Shown here: piece after piece, positions 13,601 through 27,265 of the stretch
How the letters are laid out: every line of letters starts with the position of its first letter
Numbering within the stretch: the first letter of the stretch is position 1
DNA from: Cetorhinus maximus
Lineage: Eukaryota
Direction of reading: 5' to 3'
NCBI RefSeq assembly: GCF_964194155.1
Contig: NC_135892.1
Coordinates: 66,092,001-66,156,000 of the forward strand
Length of the DNA stretch: 64,000 nucleotides
Position numbers and translations under genes: made by a program
The notes under the pieces: generated by a model
Database searches by the model: none
What the model was told of the DNA's origin: nothing
Seen by the model: the letters and a program-made list of their open reading frames with translations, nothing else

Positions 13601-16600
13601 CCAATCCACTGGGACCCTTCTGAATCTAAGGCATTTTGGAAGATTATAACCAGTGCATCAACTATCTGTGCTGCCGCTTCTTTTAAGACCCTAGGATGAA
13701 GGCCATCTGGTCCTGCGGACTTGTCAGCCTTTAGTTCTAATAGTTTTCCTAGTCCCTTTTGCCTGGTGATGGTGACTGTCTTAAGTTCATCCCTCCCTAT
13801 CAGCTCTTGATTTTCAATTATTTTTGGGAAGTTTTCTAAGTCTTCTACTGTGAATTCAGACACAAAATACCTGTTCAACGCCTCTGCCGCTTCTTTGTTT
13901 TCAATTATCAATTCCCCAGACTCTCTCTAGAAGACCTACATTAGCTTTAGTTTTTTTTTCCCTTTTCAAATACTTGTAGAAACTCTTACCATCTGTTTTT
14001 ATATTACTAGCTGGCTTTCTCTTATATTCTGCTTTCTACCTTTTATTGTCTTTTTAGTCATTCTTTGCTAATTTCTAAAGTCTGTCCAATCCTGTGACTT
14101 GCCCCTAATCTTTCAAGATTTGTACAGTGTTTCTTTCAATTTAATACTATCCTTGACTTCCTTATTTAGCTTCAGATGATGCATCCTCCTCAAAGAGCAT
14201 TTCTTTCTCACTGGGATAAATCTTTGCTGAGAGTTATTAAATACCTTATAAGTCTGCCACTGCAGGTCTACTGTCTTACCTTTTAACCTAGTTTCCCAGT
14301 TCACCTTAGCCAGCTCTGCCTTCATACCCTCATAGTTACCTTTATTTAAGTTTAAAACACTGGTCATGGAACTACACTTCTCAATTTCAAACTGAATATG
14401 ACATTCTATCATGTTGTGATCACTGTCACTTAGAGGCTCCTTTACCATGTGGTTATTGATTAATCTTGTTTCATTGCACATTACCAGGTTTATGGTGGCC
14501 TGCTCCCTCTACCATGTACTACTTTAAGAAATTGTCCCAAAAACACTGTTATGAACTCCTTTTTCAGGCTACCATTGCCAGTCTAATTCTCCCAATCTAC
14601 ATGTAGATTAAAATCACCCATGATTATTAAGGTATCTTTCTTATATGCATTATTATTACTTCCTGTATGCTCTGTCCTACAGCATTACTACTGTTAGGGG
14701 GCTTATAAACTACTCCCACAAGTGACCTCTTAGCTTTACTATTTCTTACCTCCATCAAAACTGATTCTACATCCTGATCTTTCAAGCTAAGGTCATCCCT
14801 CAGTACTGAAGTAATGTCATCCTTAATTAACAGAGCTACCCCACCGCCTTTTCCAAGGTTCATGTCATTCCAATATGTCAAATACCCTTCAACATTTAGG
14901 CCCCAACCTTATTCATCTTTCAACCTTGTCTCTGTAATACCTGTCAGGTCATATATATTTATCTCTGCCTGTGCTAAAAATTCATTCCTTTTGTTACAAA
15001 TGCTGCACGCATTCAGATAGAGGGCCTTAAACTTTGTTTTAACTATTTTTGCTATCTTTGGCCTTATCTGCTGATGCACTCTTACGATTGCATGCTCTGT
15101 CCCTTCCTGTCACTCTCTGGTAATCATTACCCAGGTTGCTTCCCTGCTCTATTACTGTGTTGTTTCTCTTTACTATATTTCCTCTCACATGATCCCTTGT
15201 CCCCACTATTTAGTTTAAAGCCCTTTAAACTGCCCTAGTCATGCGATTTGACAGAACACTGCTCCCAGCACAGTTCAGATGAAGACCGTCCTAATGATAC
15301 TGTTCCCACCTCAGTACTGATGCCAGTGTCTCATGAATTGAAACCCGTTTCTCCCACACCAATCTTTGAACCATGCATTCATCTCTCCAATCTTATTTAC
15401 CCTATGCCAATTTGATCGTGGCTCAGATAATAATCCAAAGATTATTATCCTTGAGGCTCTGCTCTTTAATTTAACTTTTAGTTGCTCATGCTCCTTCAGC
15501 AGAACCTCTTCTAGTCCTGCTTATGTCATTGGTTACCTACATGGGCCATGACAACTGGATCCTTCCCCTTTACTGCAAGTTCCTCTCCAGCGCAGGGCAG
15601 ATGCCTCAAAACCTAGCACTGGACAGGCAACACAGCTGTCTGTCGTCTGCAGAGAACTGTGTCCATCCCCCTGACTATGCAATCCCCTACTATCACTACA
15701 TTCCTATTTACTCCCCCCACTTGAATGGCTTCCTGTACCACAATGCCCTGGTCAGTTAGCTCACCCACACTGCAGCTTCTGCTGTCATCCAAACAAGCTA
15801 AAAGTACCTCAAACCTGTTGGACAATTGCAAGGGCTAAGGCTCCTGCACTCCTGCCCTCTGGTTGCCCTTACCTGCCTCACTTGCAGTCACCCTCCTGTC
15901 GTGAACACTGCCCAAGTCAGAAGACCCTATCTGAAGGGGTGTGACCGCCTTCTGGTGCAAAGTACCCAGGTAACTTTATCCCTCTCTAATATATTGCATG
16001 GTCTATAGCTCTGCTTCCAGCTCAATGACGCTGAGCTGAAGATTCTCAGACACTTACTGCAGATATGTTTTCCTGGATACTTTGACTTCCAGGAACACTC
16101 AAATTCTTCAGTCACAACACATCACCTGCCCTGCCACCCTTAATGCATTTTAATTAACTAATTAAATACATAAAATTAAATGATTATTTATTTTCCTCTT
16201 ATTTTATTCAGTGCCTCTCCTTACCACCACTTACTGTACTAATTTAAACTTTAGTAATAGAATAGACCTTTACCATTAAAAAATTATTTTAAAATTTGTT
16301 TTTCTAATTTCCAGCCATTTACACACCCATTCCAAGATCAGTTGCTCACCAGCCAATTAACTTGGGGCTTTCCAGTGATGTCAATATTCACTTATTTTCA
16401 AACTGTAACTCTCGGCTCTCCTCCCAAAGTCTTGCTGTTTTAACCTCTGTACCGAAGTCTCCCTGTGTTCTCCTTGTTCATGCTCTCTTCTGAAGACAGT
16501 TCTAGCATCTACTTCACCCAGAGTGCACCTCCCTTTTGAGGTTCAGGCTGGCTTCAAGTAATACAGCTAGCTTTAAGTGGTACTAGTGTTGCACAAACTT

Positions 16601-16750
16601 GGGCCCCCTGCTGAGACATGCAACCATTTGACAGCATATTAAGCACTGGCTGCAATTAAGCAGGCAGTGTGAAGTTTGTGTTACCTGTAAGGGAAGTAAC
16701 AGATGCAGCTTAATTACACATTGTGACACCTGTGTCTGTTTTGGACACAG
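10680..16750. mobile_element. Degraded PIF/Harbinger element interrupted by a CR1
   Basis: + strand nuclease remnant (gccagcttcccc..ggtgccattgactgcatgtatg, i.e. GFP..GAIDC.H) at ~10780-11040; - strand Myb/SANT remnant (RECAPSFPD..; WMQCRKKF) at ~11930-12165. Ends not resolved. Confidence 0.65.
12176..16462 (-). mobile_element. Near full-length CR1 LINE (ORF1 with esterase domain, ORF2 endonuclease-RT), disrupted
   Basis: ORF1 pieces HICSKC and LSNRFEVL..VVIVGDCIVRG; ORF2 pieces GGGVALLIK, SDHNMI, GPDGLHPRVLKE, YLDFQKAFDKVP, SGVPQESVLGP; 3' end at aacataag; possible 9-bp TSD CTGTGTTCT (12167-12175 / 16463-16471); stops, frameshifts and internal deletions. Confidence 0.92.
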
Positions 16751-16759
16751 TCTAATTTT

Positions 16760-17170
16760 GAGGCCAATGAAGTTTCATACCAAGAAGTGTAAAGTATTGA
16801 ATATAGGAAGGGAAAATAGATGCAACACGTACTCCATAAATGGTAGTGAAATAGCTAAGGATGAAACCGAAAGAGACCAAGAACACTTAGTAGCATCGAC
16901 GCAAAACAAAGCAGCAATCAACAAAACCATTGGAAAGTTGAAACAGTAGATTCTTTGTCGGAGCAGGTTGTGATCAAACCTTAGATGGTTCTGGTCAGAC
17001 CAGACCTTGAGCACTGCATCCTGTTGTGGTCACCAAGGCACAAGGTTGTTATTTGGGCACTGGAGACAATGCAGGGTAAGAATCACAAGTCTGAATATTC
17101 GTGTCAGGGATTCGAGTTATTACGACTAAGAGTTGGAATTTTCAGTTAGAAGAGATACCTGATAGGTCAT
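16760..17170 (+). mobile_element. CR1 fragment (RT C-terminal region)
   Basis: MKFHTKKCKVLNIGREN..YSING..ERD peptide, followed by LVRP.LEHC-like text. Confidence 0.75.
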
Positions 17171-17764
17171 TGGAAAAGAAAGCCAATTCATCTATTATTA
17201 CCTGACCTACGCTATTACAAAATTCCACGCCCCCAGAGAGTGATCAATGTAATAATCATTCAGATCGAGCTACAAACCATGGAATCAGAAAAAATGCAAT
17301 GGAATGCTGCTGCAAAAAACTATGATCTTTCTGGATGAATTAAGGTATCCCTAATTATTTTATGATCTTTTTTTTAACTGTTAAGCCTCTGAGTATGAAG
17401 CTGAATCAGAGCCCAAAGCACTGTTCCACCTATTGGTAACAGTCTGGTTTCCTAGTTGACTAGTTCCTAATCTCGGCTGAGCCATTATGGGGGCTAATTA
17501 GTAGGAGCTAGGTGCTTTCCTACAATACAGAAGGAAAGTTTTATTACTATTCATTCCCTGGGACATAGAGGGTAAAGCCGATATTTATTTCTAATCTTTT
17601 TCTGTCCAGAGAAAGTGACGGTGGGCCTTTTTGAGCCAATGTAGTCTATGTCATAAGGATGCTCCCACAATGCAGTTACACAGGGAATTCCAGGATTTTG
17701 ATCCAATGATGATTAGGGTTCAATGATGTACCTCCAAGTCAAGATGGTGTATTATTGGAAGGTT

Positions 17765-18347
17765 TTTTTATTCATTCTCGGGATGTGGACTTCACTGGCT
17801 GGGCCAGCATTTATTGCCCACCCTAGTTGCCCTTGAGAAGGTGGTGGTGAGCTGCCTTCTTGAACTGCTGCAGTCCATGTGGTGCAGGTTCACCCACAGT
17901 GCTGTTAGGAAGGGAGTTCCAGGGTTTTGACCAAGCGACAATAAAGAAACGGCAATATATTTCCAGTCAGGATGGTGAGTGACTTGGAGGGGAACTTCCA
18001 AGTGGTGGTGTTCCCATCTATCTGCTGCCCTTGTCCTTCTGGATAGTAGTGGTCGTGAGTTTGGAAGGTGCTGTCGAAGGAGCCTTGGTGAATTCCTGCA
18101 GTGCATTTTGTAGATGGTATAAACTGCTGCTACTGTGTGTCGGTGGGGAGTGAATGTTTGTGGATGTGGTGCCAATCAAGCAGGCTGCTTTGTCCTGGAC
18201 GGTGTCAAGCTTCTTGAGTGTTGGAGCTACACTCATTCAGGCAAGTGGGGATTATTCCATCACACTCCTGACTTGTGCCTTGTAAGTGGTGGACAGGCTT
18301 TGGGGAGTCAGGAGGTGAGTTACTCATCACAGGATTCCTAGCCTCTG
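17765..18347 (-). mobile_element. 3' end of a second LINE family (CR1/L2 group)
   Basis: TLKKLDTVQDKAACLIG and TVAAVYTIYKMHC..SPRLLRQHLP peptides; A-rich tail; near-identical text at 37030-37397. Confidence 0.8.
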
Positions 18348-20308
18348 AGGATCATGTGAACTTGGAGGTGATGGTGTTCCCATGATATTGCTGCTCAAGT
18401 GGTGGCAGCGATTATGGTGCTAGTAGCTGCTGTAAGAGTAAACTCAATGGCCTGGATGAGGTTCCATTTCCAAAAAAAAATTAAATAAATTTCCAAAACC
18501 AAACATATACATTTTGAACTGAAGCAGTTTGAGTTCATCACCACAGTTGCTGTCAAAAAAAAGTTACTACATCCAGTTCGACCCACAGCAATTAACTTCT
18601 TTCAATATACAACTTTACAGACTGATAGATGGCAAACTGCCTGAAATGGAAGTTTTATTAAAATAAGGTTTTTGATTGCTTATCAATGTATCCTATCATA
18701 TATTGTGTTTATGCTGTCACCTGCTGCCATCATCCAACATTAGGTGAAACTGCATTTTCATGAGTATCATATCACAGGCAGTTATTTTCTTTTTAAATTA
18801 AATCAAATGTTGTGAGCCCATTTGGGAATTGGGGCAAGGACGAGGTTATTGTCTTGCAGCAGGATCATCCAATAAGCACAATGTTTTAGGCTGGGAGTCC
18901 ATTTTCAATCATGTCCAAAACAATACTCTTAGTGGGTCTTTTAGCACATACAAAATTGTTTTTATTTTGAAGATCAGTTCTGGTCTCCAGTCCGAACCCT
19001 AACTGCTTGTGTGCATAAGGTACCAGTTGCTGGTTCTGTGAGCATGAACTAACAATCTTTGTACCAAAGATTAAAGCAGATTTTAAATCAACAGCCATTA
19101 GCTCAGAGGACTTCATTAAAATTTCCACAATCAAAGCAAGCTAATCCATTTTGTTTATTACTCTCCAGCTATATTTCAAATACCTTTTCAAGGGAAAAGC
19201 TGTCAAATGGGTTATTTTGACAGGGTCAACATTTTATGACATTAGTCCATAGTATTTACATTGTTACCAAATAGCTGTACTTCGTATATGTTCAATTTTG
19301 GTCACTGAAAGAAACTTCCTTTCCAATAATTAATTCAATGCTCCTCATTTGCTAAATATACTCTTCATTTGATCATGAGCTCAGGGAAAATTGTTTATTT
19401 ACATTGAATTTTTAGATAAACCACCAGGATTGGTGGGTTATAGCCAAAATATTGTGTGTTGTCTTTTGATAGCTGAGTGCTTAGGTAGGCAAGCCAAAAA
19501 AGGTTAATTTCCCCTTCAATAGCAATCTTATTGGAATTGTATGGTGATGATAAGTATTAACGTATTATGGAGCTGTGCTCCCAATCTGAACCACATTAAG
19601 GAGAGGAGGAGAGAAAAGTGAAAGGGAGAATTGCATGTGAGGAGCTCAGAGTGCTACCTTCATAGTCAGTGTGTGAGGCATGGAGGGGGTTGGGGTGCAT
19701 TCATGAAGGCCTATTCAGTCACAAGCTGGCAAAGGAAAAGGAGCAATAATAACCTTTTCCAAATACCCCAATTCAAATTAATGTAAAAGGAAAATCAGCA
19801 TGAACACAATAGCAATCAGACCCCATCAATAGTCCTCTCAATCCAAATTAACTGCAGCTGTAACCTGAAATCATAAGCAAAATTTATTATACAATTGTAT
19901 TAAAAATGTTTTTTTTTGTCTTTGAAGCAGCAGAATGTGATCTTTTATTTTACAGCTGTGGTATAATCTGGGCAAATTTCCTGCGTTTCAAGGGCTTTAT
20001 CTATGCACATTGTGTCACTGGTTTTATAGCTCATGGTTTGATAATGAATTGATCTGTGTTTTGTTCATTTTTGTTTTTTGTTCATTTATTAAGGTAAAAT
20101 ATAATCTGGATTTGACTCCCAAGTGTGTTTTTCTTACTGTTTTGTGTATCCTCATCCACGGTGAAGTACTGAGGTAGCTTTAAAACAGCCTATAAAACAC
20201 GCTTTCAGGGAAATCAATGGTGGAGAAGTGAGAACAATGTGTAGGTGCAGCTTCCAAATTTGGACCAATTCCACACGACACTCAAATTAAAATTTAAGTC
20301 AGATACTT

Positions 20309-20866
20309 GGGGCTAGAAATTGGTCTACATTAAGCCCATTTTTCAGGAGTAAAATGGGCATGAATACTACCAATTTAGCAGTGGTGTGGGTTGCACCCAA
20401 TTTGAGCAGGCTTTGGTCCCACTGCCAAATTCATGGGGCTCATTCTTTCAGAGAGAGTAAGGGGCCAAGGCTTCAAATGTGTTAGGCCTTTTGAAAGTGG
20501 AAATTAGTGGCCTAACACTTGTGAAAGAACACCTTAGACAAATTCTGCCCCATCCAGGGTTCTTCAGGTCACCAATGACGAGTATTAGATGTGTTTTTTT
20601 TTCTTCAAGAAGCCACAGGAGTCGTGATCAGTTATCCATTAGCCCCTTCCAACCACACCCTCCCTCACTGCCAAGGCACCTGCATGAGGGACGCTGCCAG
20701 CCAGGCATGCCACCCGAAATTGATGCCTCCTGATGCGCTGCTTGGTGAGGCCTAACCCAATTATTCGGGTGAAATCAGATGACTAATTTCCATTGATCCT
20801 CTGGCCTTTTGCTTCAAGCGCAGGGTGTCTGGAGTCAAAAATGGGAAACTAACTCATTTCTACCCC
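20309..20866. mobile_element. MITE (Harbinger-type termini)
   Basis: Inverted ends GGGGCTAGAAATTG / CATTTCTACCCC around a GC-richer non-coding interior. Confidence 0.6.
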
Positions 20867-21529
20867 TTTGATATTTGTTACAAAAATATGTATTGTATTA
20901 GGATTCTAATTGTCATAGTAATGATTTTCTGTGGGCAGTTAATTTTTAGTTAACCAGGAGAGGGAAGTGGTAATGACAGTAAGGATTGGTATTTGAAACT
21001 GGAGATGGAACTCGCTGTCCTAGATGCAAACTCAATTAAAGTGGCTAAAAGGAAGGTAGATAATTAATGATAAGGGAACTAGAGATTTGGGATTCAAATG
21101 AGATGCCATGGCTATCAAAAAAGGTGAAGCAGGTCCAAAGGGGCTAATAGTTTATTATAAAGTAGTGTTGTATAATAGATAGCACTGACAACCCACAGGT
21201 GTGCCTGTGGCAATACCATTTTAGCCACCGCACTAACTTTAGTACAAAACGCCTTGTGCATTATACAGGTAAACAACATTGAAAACAAATTAATACCTTT
21301 GTATACTGATCATTTGTTAAATGTGCTAATAAAAATAATCTGGGTGCAAAAGTTGGCATCCATGACACAAAATGATGTAATTATAAATTGACCTTTCACT
21401 TTTGGAATTGCACCATATTGCAAGATAAAATGTTATAGGTAAGTAAGTGCTTTTAATGTAGCTCAACAGACTGCTGGTTTCACACTTGAGGGACTGAGTT
21501 TCCCTGACATTCTGCATAACCTTTTATTC

Positions 21530-21905
21530 AAGTTCTACTCGATTGGAAGGACATGGCAAGTGTTGTCCCACAAGGATCTGTGCTGGGCCCTCACTATTCA
21601 CCACATTTATTAATGACTTGGATAACGCAATATTATATCCAAGTTTACCAATGACAAAAAGTTTGACTATAAAGTAAGTAGTGTAGGTGGGAACATGAAA
21701 TTATAAAGAGACATTGATCAATTAAGCAAATGGGCGAAATGTGGTAGATGAATTTCAATACAGTTAACTGTAAGACCATTCATTTTGGATCAAAAAGAAT
21801 AGATCCAAGGGCTTTTAAATGGTGAGAACCTGGAAACAGTAGAGGTCCAAAGATATTTAGGTACATGCTTGAGGGGCTTAATGACCTACTCCTCTTCCTA
21901 TGATT
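21530..21905 (+). mobile_element. CR1 RT fragment with internal deletion
   Basis: S.VPQGSVLGP.LF..FINDLD and ISKF..D.K remnants, followed directly by the tail gacctactcctcttcctatg. Confidence 0.8.
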
Positions 21906-22309
21906 AATTTATGTTAATTCCTAACTATTCCTATTGTAATTGTTTGGTGAGCTATCATTTCACTTTCTACCTTTTTATATTTTGGTTTTATTATGTGATT
22001 TAATATTTTATCACTAATTGAAAAATGAAGGTGAATAGCTCAGAACACCAGCAAGGTTGAAAAGCTATGTAGACCAGGAAATAATGTTTAGGTGAGGTTA
22101 CATTTGGGTTTGACAAGCCTGTGTGATGAAGGAAAACGGAGAGGTGAATATATTGAACTGGTATGTGGTTGGGTGTTAACTCGACTTCAATCTTTTTAAT
22201 CACTTTGTAAATGGGATTGCATGTAATAATTTCCCTACTGAACACTTTCACAGTTGATTAGTTAAATTATTAACTCTTTTTCATAAATCCATACCTAATT
22301 GCATTTTAA

Positions 22310-22735
22310 CCCTTTAGAACTGTAGCTGTAAAAAGAAGAAAAATTGAAGTGGATAAGCATTTGAATATATAAACTCCTGAGCGTACAAATAGATAAAGCC
22401 ATTAAAAAAGATCGTCAAAATTTTGGGTTTTATAAATCCAAGTAAAGAAGTGATGATAAATTTGCACAAACCATTGTTCAGGGTACAGAGATTTGTGCCC
22501 CATTATAGAAACTTACCAGGATGATGCAGCAATGAAAAACTATAGTTATGAAGAGGGACATGAGATGTTAGGACTATTTCCACCAAAGCAGAGAAGGCTA
22601 GGAGGAGATTTAATTGCGGTATTTTCAAATTTTGAAGGCCTTCTCTAGAGTTAATAGGAAAGGAGTATTTTCTCTGGGCAATATGTAGCAAAGGGCCATC
22701 ATTTTAAAATTGCATTGAGAGTGAGGAGAGAGGTT
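22310..22735 (+). mobile_element. Old CR1 3' fragment
   Basis: tatagttatgaagag..ttaggactatttccacc..agagaaggctaggaggagatttaat (YEE.L..LGLFS..RRLRGDL motif). Confidence 0.65.
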
Positions 22736-23029
22736 AACAACAAAAGCACTTGCATTCATATGTTGAATTTAGTATAGAAAAATATACTAAGATACTTCAC
22801 AGAGGCATAACAAAAGTGGATGCTGGGGCAAAGGAAGAGAATTTAGGAGTACTGCATAAAAAGGGTATAATGTAAATTCATTAGGATGCTGTCTAGTATG
22901 AAAAAATACAAATATGAAGAAAGGTGAGAAATTGGGGTTGCTTTCCTTAGGATAGATTATAGGCTGATTTGATAAAGGTGTGTAAAATCATGATGGGATT
23001 AAGACAGGATAGAAACAAACTGGGTGCAC

Positions 23030-23820
23030 AAGAAACCAATGTCAGAATAGAGAATTTGAGAGGGTTGTAGTACTGGAAGAGGTTAGAGGTACGGAGGGAT
23101 AAACCATAGCGATTTAAACAAAAGTTTAAAATTTTAAATTTGAGGTGTGGAAGACCCTGCAGCGTCCATTGTAGATCAGTGAAGATGGGTGATCTGGAAT
23201 AGGATACAGGCAACAGAATTTTGAATGATCTGAATTAGTGGAAAAGTTACAGATTTTGTGATGGGGACAAGATAATGGCTTTGTCTTTCCCAATTTATAG
23301 TTGGTGGAAATTGCAGTGTATCTGGGACTCGATATTAGGGAAACAGTCTAACAGCACAGGCAGTGGAGGAGTCAAAACGGTAATGACGAGGCAGAGTTTG
23401 ACGTCATTTGCATACATGTAACAACAGAGCCCATGGCATCAGATGATGTTCCAAGGGGTAGCATGCAGATGAGGAAGAATGAAATGGTGTAGGGATAGGA
23501 TGAGAAGTATTGACAGAGATCCTCTGATTAGATAAGTAACTGTGGACCAAGCTAGGTCAGCCACATGAAGCAGGATAACACATAAGGGGTATTACAGGAG
23601 AATTGTGTGATTGGCTGACTGTGTTGAAGGCTACAGAGATTAGAAAGGTGAGGAGGAATAGTATACCAGAAATAGTGTAATTCTTGACTTTGGTTAGGGC
23701 TGTTCTGATGATGTGGGAGGGATTGAAACTTGGAATTGTGGGAGAGTTGGTTATGGATCTGGAAAGTGACATGATCGAGCACCTTGCAGTGAAAAAGGAG
23801 GTTAGAGATGGGACTGTTAG
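23030..23820 (-). mobile_element. Old L2-like LINE fragments
   Basis: Minus strand reads as H.YA.DVKL, L..L.W....LKFKIL and LL.LSVAF.TV, typical L2 ORF2 remnants; highly degraded. Confidence 0.55.
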
Positions 23821-26180
23821 AAGATTTTTTTTTACACAGAGGATTGTTGAAGCATATGGAAGGCTGAGATTGGCTTTTAATGGAAAACTGGATAAATATT
23901 CGAAGTGGAGAAAGCTGCAGGAAAAGTCCAAGACAGTAGGGTTAGTTTTGGGTTACTCGAGCAAGGAACTTTTAGGCTATTTGAGTTTAACCATGCATCT
24001 GCCTTTCGCCCGAACTTGGTGCACCATTTGCACACAAATAACAACAAGAGCCACTGTTAATTTGACCACAAATTACAGTCCATTGTTTCAAACGTTTAAG
24101 GGTCACAATTCCTTTTCACCTGGATGTCTACTCAGTAAATAGGGTGTCCACGAGAGTTCTTCAGTCTGACTTCACATACAAGTTAATAGGTTATGGTATT
24201 CTGCAAGTGTTCAGCAACATTTGAAAACTATTAGGAACCATTTAGAAAAATGGCAATTTGCCTGAATTGAAGTTTAAATTGACAACCACAGGAATGATCT
24301 TCATTTGCAAAAACATACCACAGAAAAGGTCACATGTTTGCTGTGTAGCCTTAAGTTTACTAAAGGCTTTCATTGAAGGTATCCAAGAAACCTAAAACCA
24401 CAGAACTGACTGCCTTTCTATGTTCTGAAAGCAATCCTGTGTTACAAGCACTGCCCATGTTGTGTACACACTTGCAGTAAGTTGCTGTTTTCCTGACCTG
24501 GGGAGTTCTTATAAATTTGGCCATTTCCAACAGGCAATTCTGCACTAACCAGAGTGTAACCTACATATTAGTACAGAAAAGGTTTGGGTTGAGTTATAAT
24601 AAACTCGCCCTGGGTAGATTTTATTCGATTTAGAAGTAATGAGAGATTCAAAGTGGAGTGTTGATGGAGAATCTCAATGGTTACATCATACTGTAGCATT
24701 TCATATTGTATATCATGGTGCTCAGATGCTGAAATTTGTTGCTTCCCCACCCCTTGCCTGCTTGATTGACTGGTTTAATCTTTGAGGATCTTTGGGCAGA
24801 ATTGGAGCCCGGAAAACCAGCTTCAAAGTATAATGGCACTGTTAGGGTCTAAACTTTGATTAATAGCCAAGAGCTATTGTAAGTTCTGAAAATGAATCTT
24901 ATTACCCGGACGTTCAACAGTTCTTATTTATTCCCTGTCTGACGAGCTGTGGTGTGAGAGTGTTACGACAATATAAGAGACAAAGTAGTAAATTATTTTA
25001 CCAGCAGTGGTGTTGCCATATTATAGTGTGTACAATAAAATGTAAGCCACCATGAGTTGCTTTTCTTTCTCCATTGTGATTGCCATATTGATCACCATAA
25101 CACTGCAGGAAAATTAGCTGTCCAATTCTCCTAAAGACACAGAGGGCCAATTTTAGCATTCCACAAAAAGAGAGCTTGAAATCGACTGGCTCCTACACTG
25201 AGCTGGCTGATGATCCAGGTCTGGCAGAAAGGCTGGAATTGGAGGGGCGGGGGGGTGCAGATGGGGTCGTGCAAAAGCCTGCAATATGCCAGAGTATCTT
25301 GTTGGGGCCAGAAGGAGCTTTCCTACAAAAATAAAAGATGAAAATGGTTTCGGGTTCCTTTTTGAATGTGCTACTATTTCAGCCACTTCATGCTGGCATA
25401 AATGGGCGGAACTTACTCTGTGCCTAGTTATACCTCACAATTAGAAAAGGGATGCGATATGTGTCAACGGATCTACTCTGCATATTAAAAGTGGCCTGCC
25501 ACCTGAAACGGGAGGGTTCTCCAAGCTGCCTACCCAAAGACTCTTACCAAGATGGTGGTGACCAGAACGCCAGTATGAGCACGGCGGGAATTAGTCCAAT
25601 GCAACTACTCAGACAAGTACGTTAACACCAGCTGGGCACTGTTAAAAGTCACTACAGTGCTGCCTTTTTCCCAGTTGAAGAACCACACAAGTTATTGGGG
25701 ACTAATTGTGAAACACAAAGTAAAGACCAATTACTAGCAGCGGGTTATTTTTGTTTTTAAAAGAAGTGCACAGAAGTCCATTTACAAAACTTGGTGAAAT
25801 AATCGAGTAACAATAATGAAACACATATTTGCAGTTGGATAAATATTTGAAATGGAGGTAGATAAGGGTTGTGGAAAGAAAGCAGGGCAGTGGGATTAGT
25901 TCTGGATTGCTCTAAAGAGCAGGCAGAAACACAGTGCACCAAATAGTCTCCTTCTTTGCTACATACTTTTATGGCCAGTGCATGGTGCCTCAACAGAAGA
26001 ACTATTAGATTTGTTTGACATTTGATTATTGTAAAAAGAAAGAAAATATTGCCTGACTACCCTACTTGACAGTAATGTGAATTATTTAGTTTAGCACAGT
26101 GCAGTTGAGGCACAAAAGCAATGTTCTGGAATTCTGCAAGCAGCTAACTAACTGTGTTCTATTTTTTTTTCTCTTCATAG

Positions 26181-26549
26181 GTGGCCACAGCAGTTTCAAA
26201 CAACATCATGAGAATCTCTGTGATCATTCTCTGCAGCTTCAGGAGTGCCCAGATGCAGGGGCAGCCTCAGCAATTCCAACACAGCTACCTCAGTCCATCC
26301 CCACTACCCCTGACATTGAAAATGCAGAGCTGACGCCCATCCTACCCTTCCTGTTTCTAGGAAATGAGCAGGATGCTCAGGATATAGAAAAAATGCAGCG
26401 GATGAATGTTGGCTACATCATCAACGTAACTACCCACCTGCCTCTTTATCATTACGAGAAAGGTATCTTCCATTACAAACGGCTACCTGCCACTGATAGC
26501 AACAAGCAGAATCTCAGGCAATACTTCGAAGAGGCCTTTGAATTCATTG
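26181..26549 (+). CDS. DUSP10: Dual specificity phosphatase 10 (MKP5), penultimate coding exon
   Basis: Acceptor ttttctcttcatag|, donor G|gtaatt; 369 bp, phase 1-1; encodes [66 protein letters not shown], recognisable as DUSP10. Confidence 0.97.
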
Positions 26550-27265
26550 GTAATTTTCTTTTCAATATATACTGCTTCTCACCCTCTTAAAACTAAAGTA
26601 TATTCTGTGTTTCTGTTGACAAAAACCTTTTTATGACAATGTGCAGTTCAGACGGTGGTTTGGAAAGTTTGCAGCTGCTTTAGTGTAATATAATTTGCTG
26701 TCAAATTAGTTACAAACTATTAATATTCTGGGGTTGTAGACTCTCAGCCTATAAATCTGGAGAATAAATGAGTCAAAATGAAGTGTAAATGTGACTTTAG
26801 GCCAAAAATCCAACTGCAATAAATCTGGAATTTCACCCCTCCAGTCCCCTACCCCCAACCTTTTCCACCTATATTTAAATTTCTATTGAATACAGATTCC
26901 TAAGTTGATTTTTGGTTCTGCTTTTTTTTTTCTGACCTCTTAAATGGAAGGGAGCTGTTTGCCTTTTATAACCCAAGCAGTAACAAATTTTCCAGTGCAG
27001 TACATATGTTCTTTGGACCAATGTTGTTACTGCTCCTGTAAGCAGCCTTTGTGCCCTACTCTATGGGAGTTGACTAACACTGACCTATATCCATTTTTGT
27101 GGTTTCACATTCCGAGACATAACAGTCATATCCCTCTGCGATCTGGACTGGATTTGCATCTTTCACTTTCTCTTGAGAGCAGATCAAGCAAACACTTGGT
27201 GAAATGATGCCTGGTACAAATCAGCAAGCTGCTATATTTCACAAGTAAGCATAAATGGATTTGCT

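Noticed and set aside
23557-24142. Overlapping 124- and 152-aa ORFs
   Set aside because: Chance open frames across L2/CR1 debris with non-ATG or weak starts and no splice context.
26099-26590. 163-aa ORF as a stand-alone gene
   Set aside because: It is a DUSP10 exon plus flanking intron read-through; splice sites at 26180 and 26550 define the real coding part.
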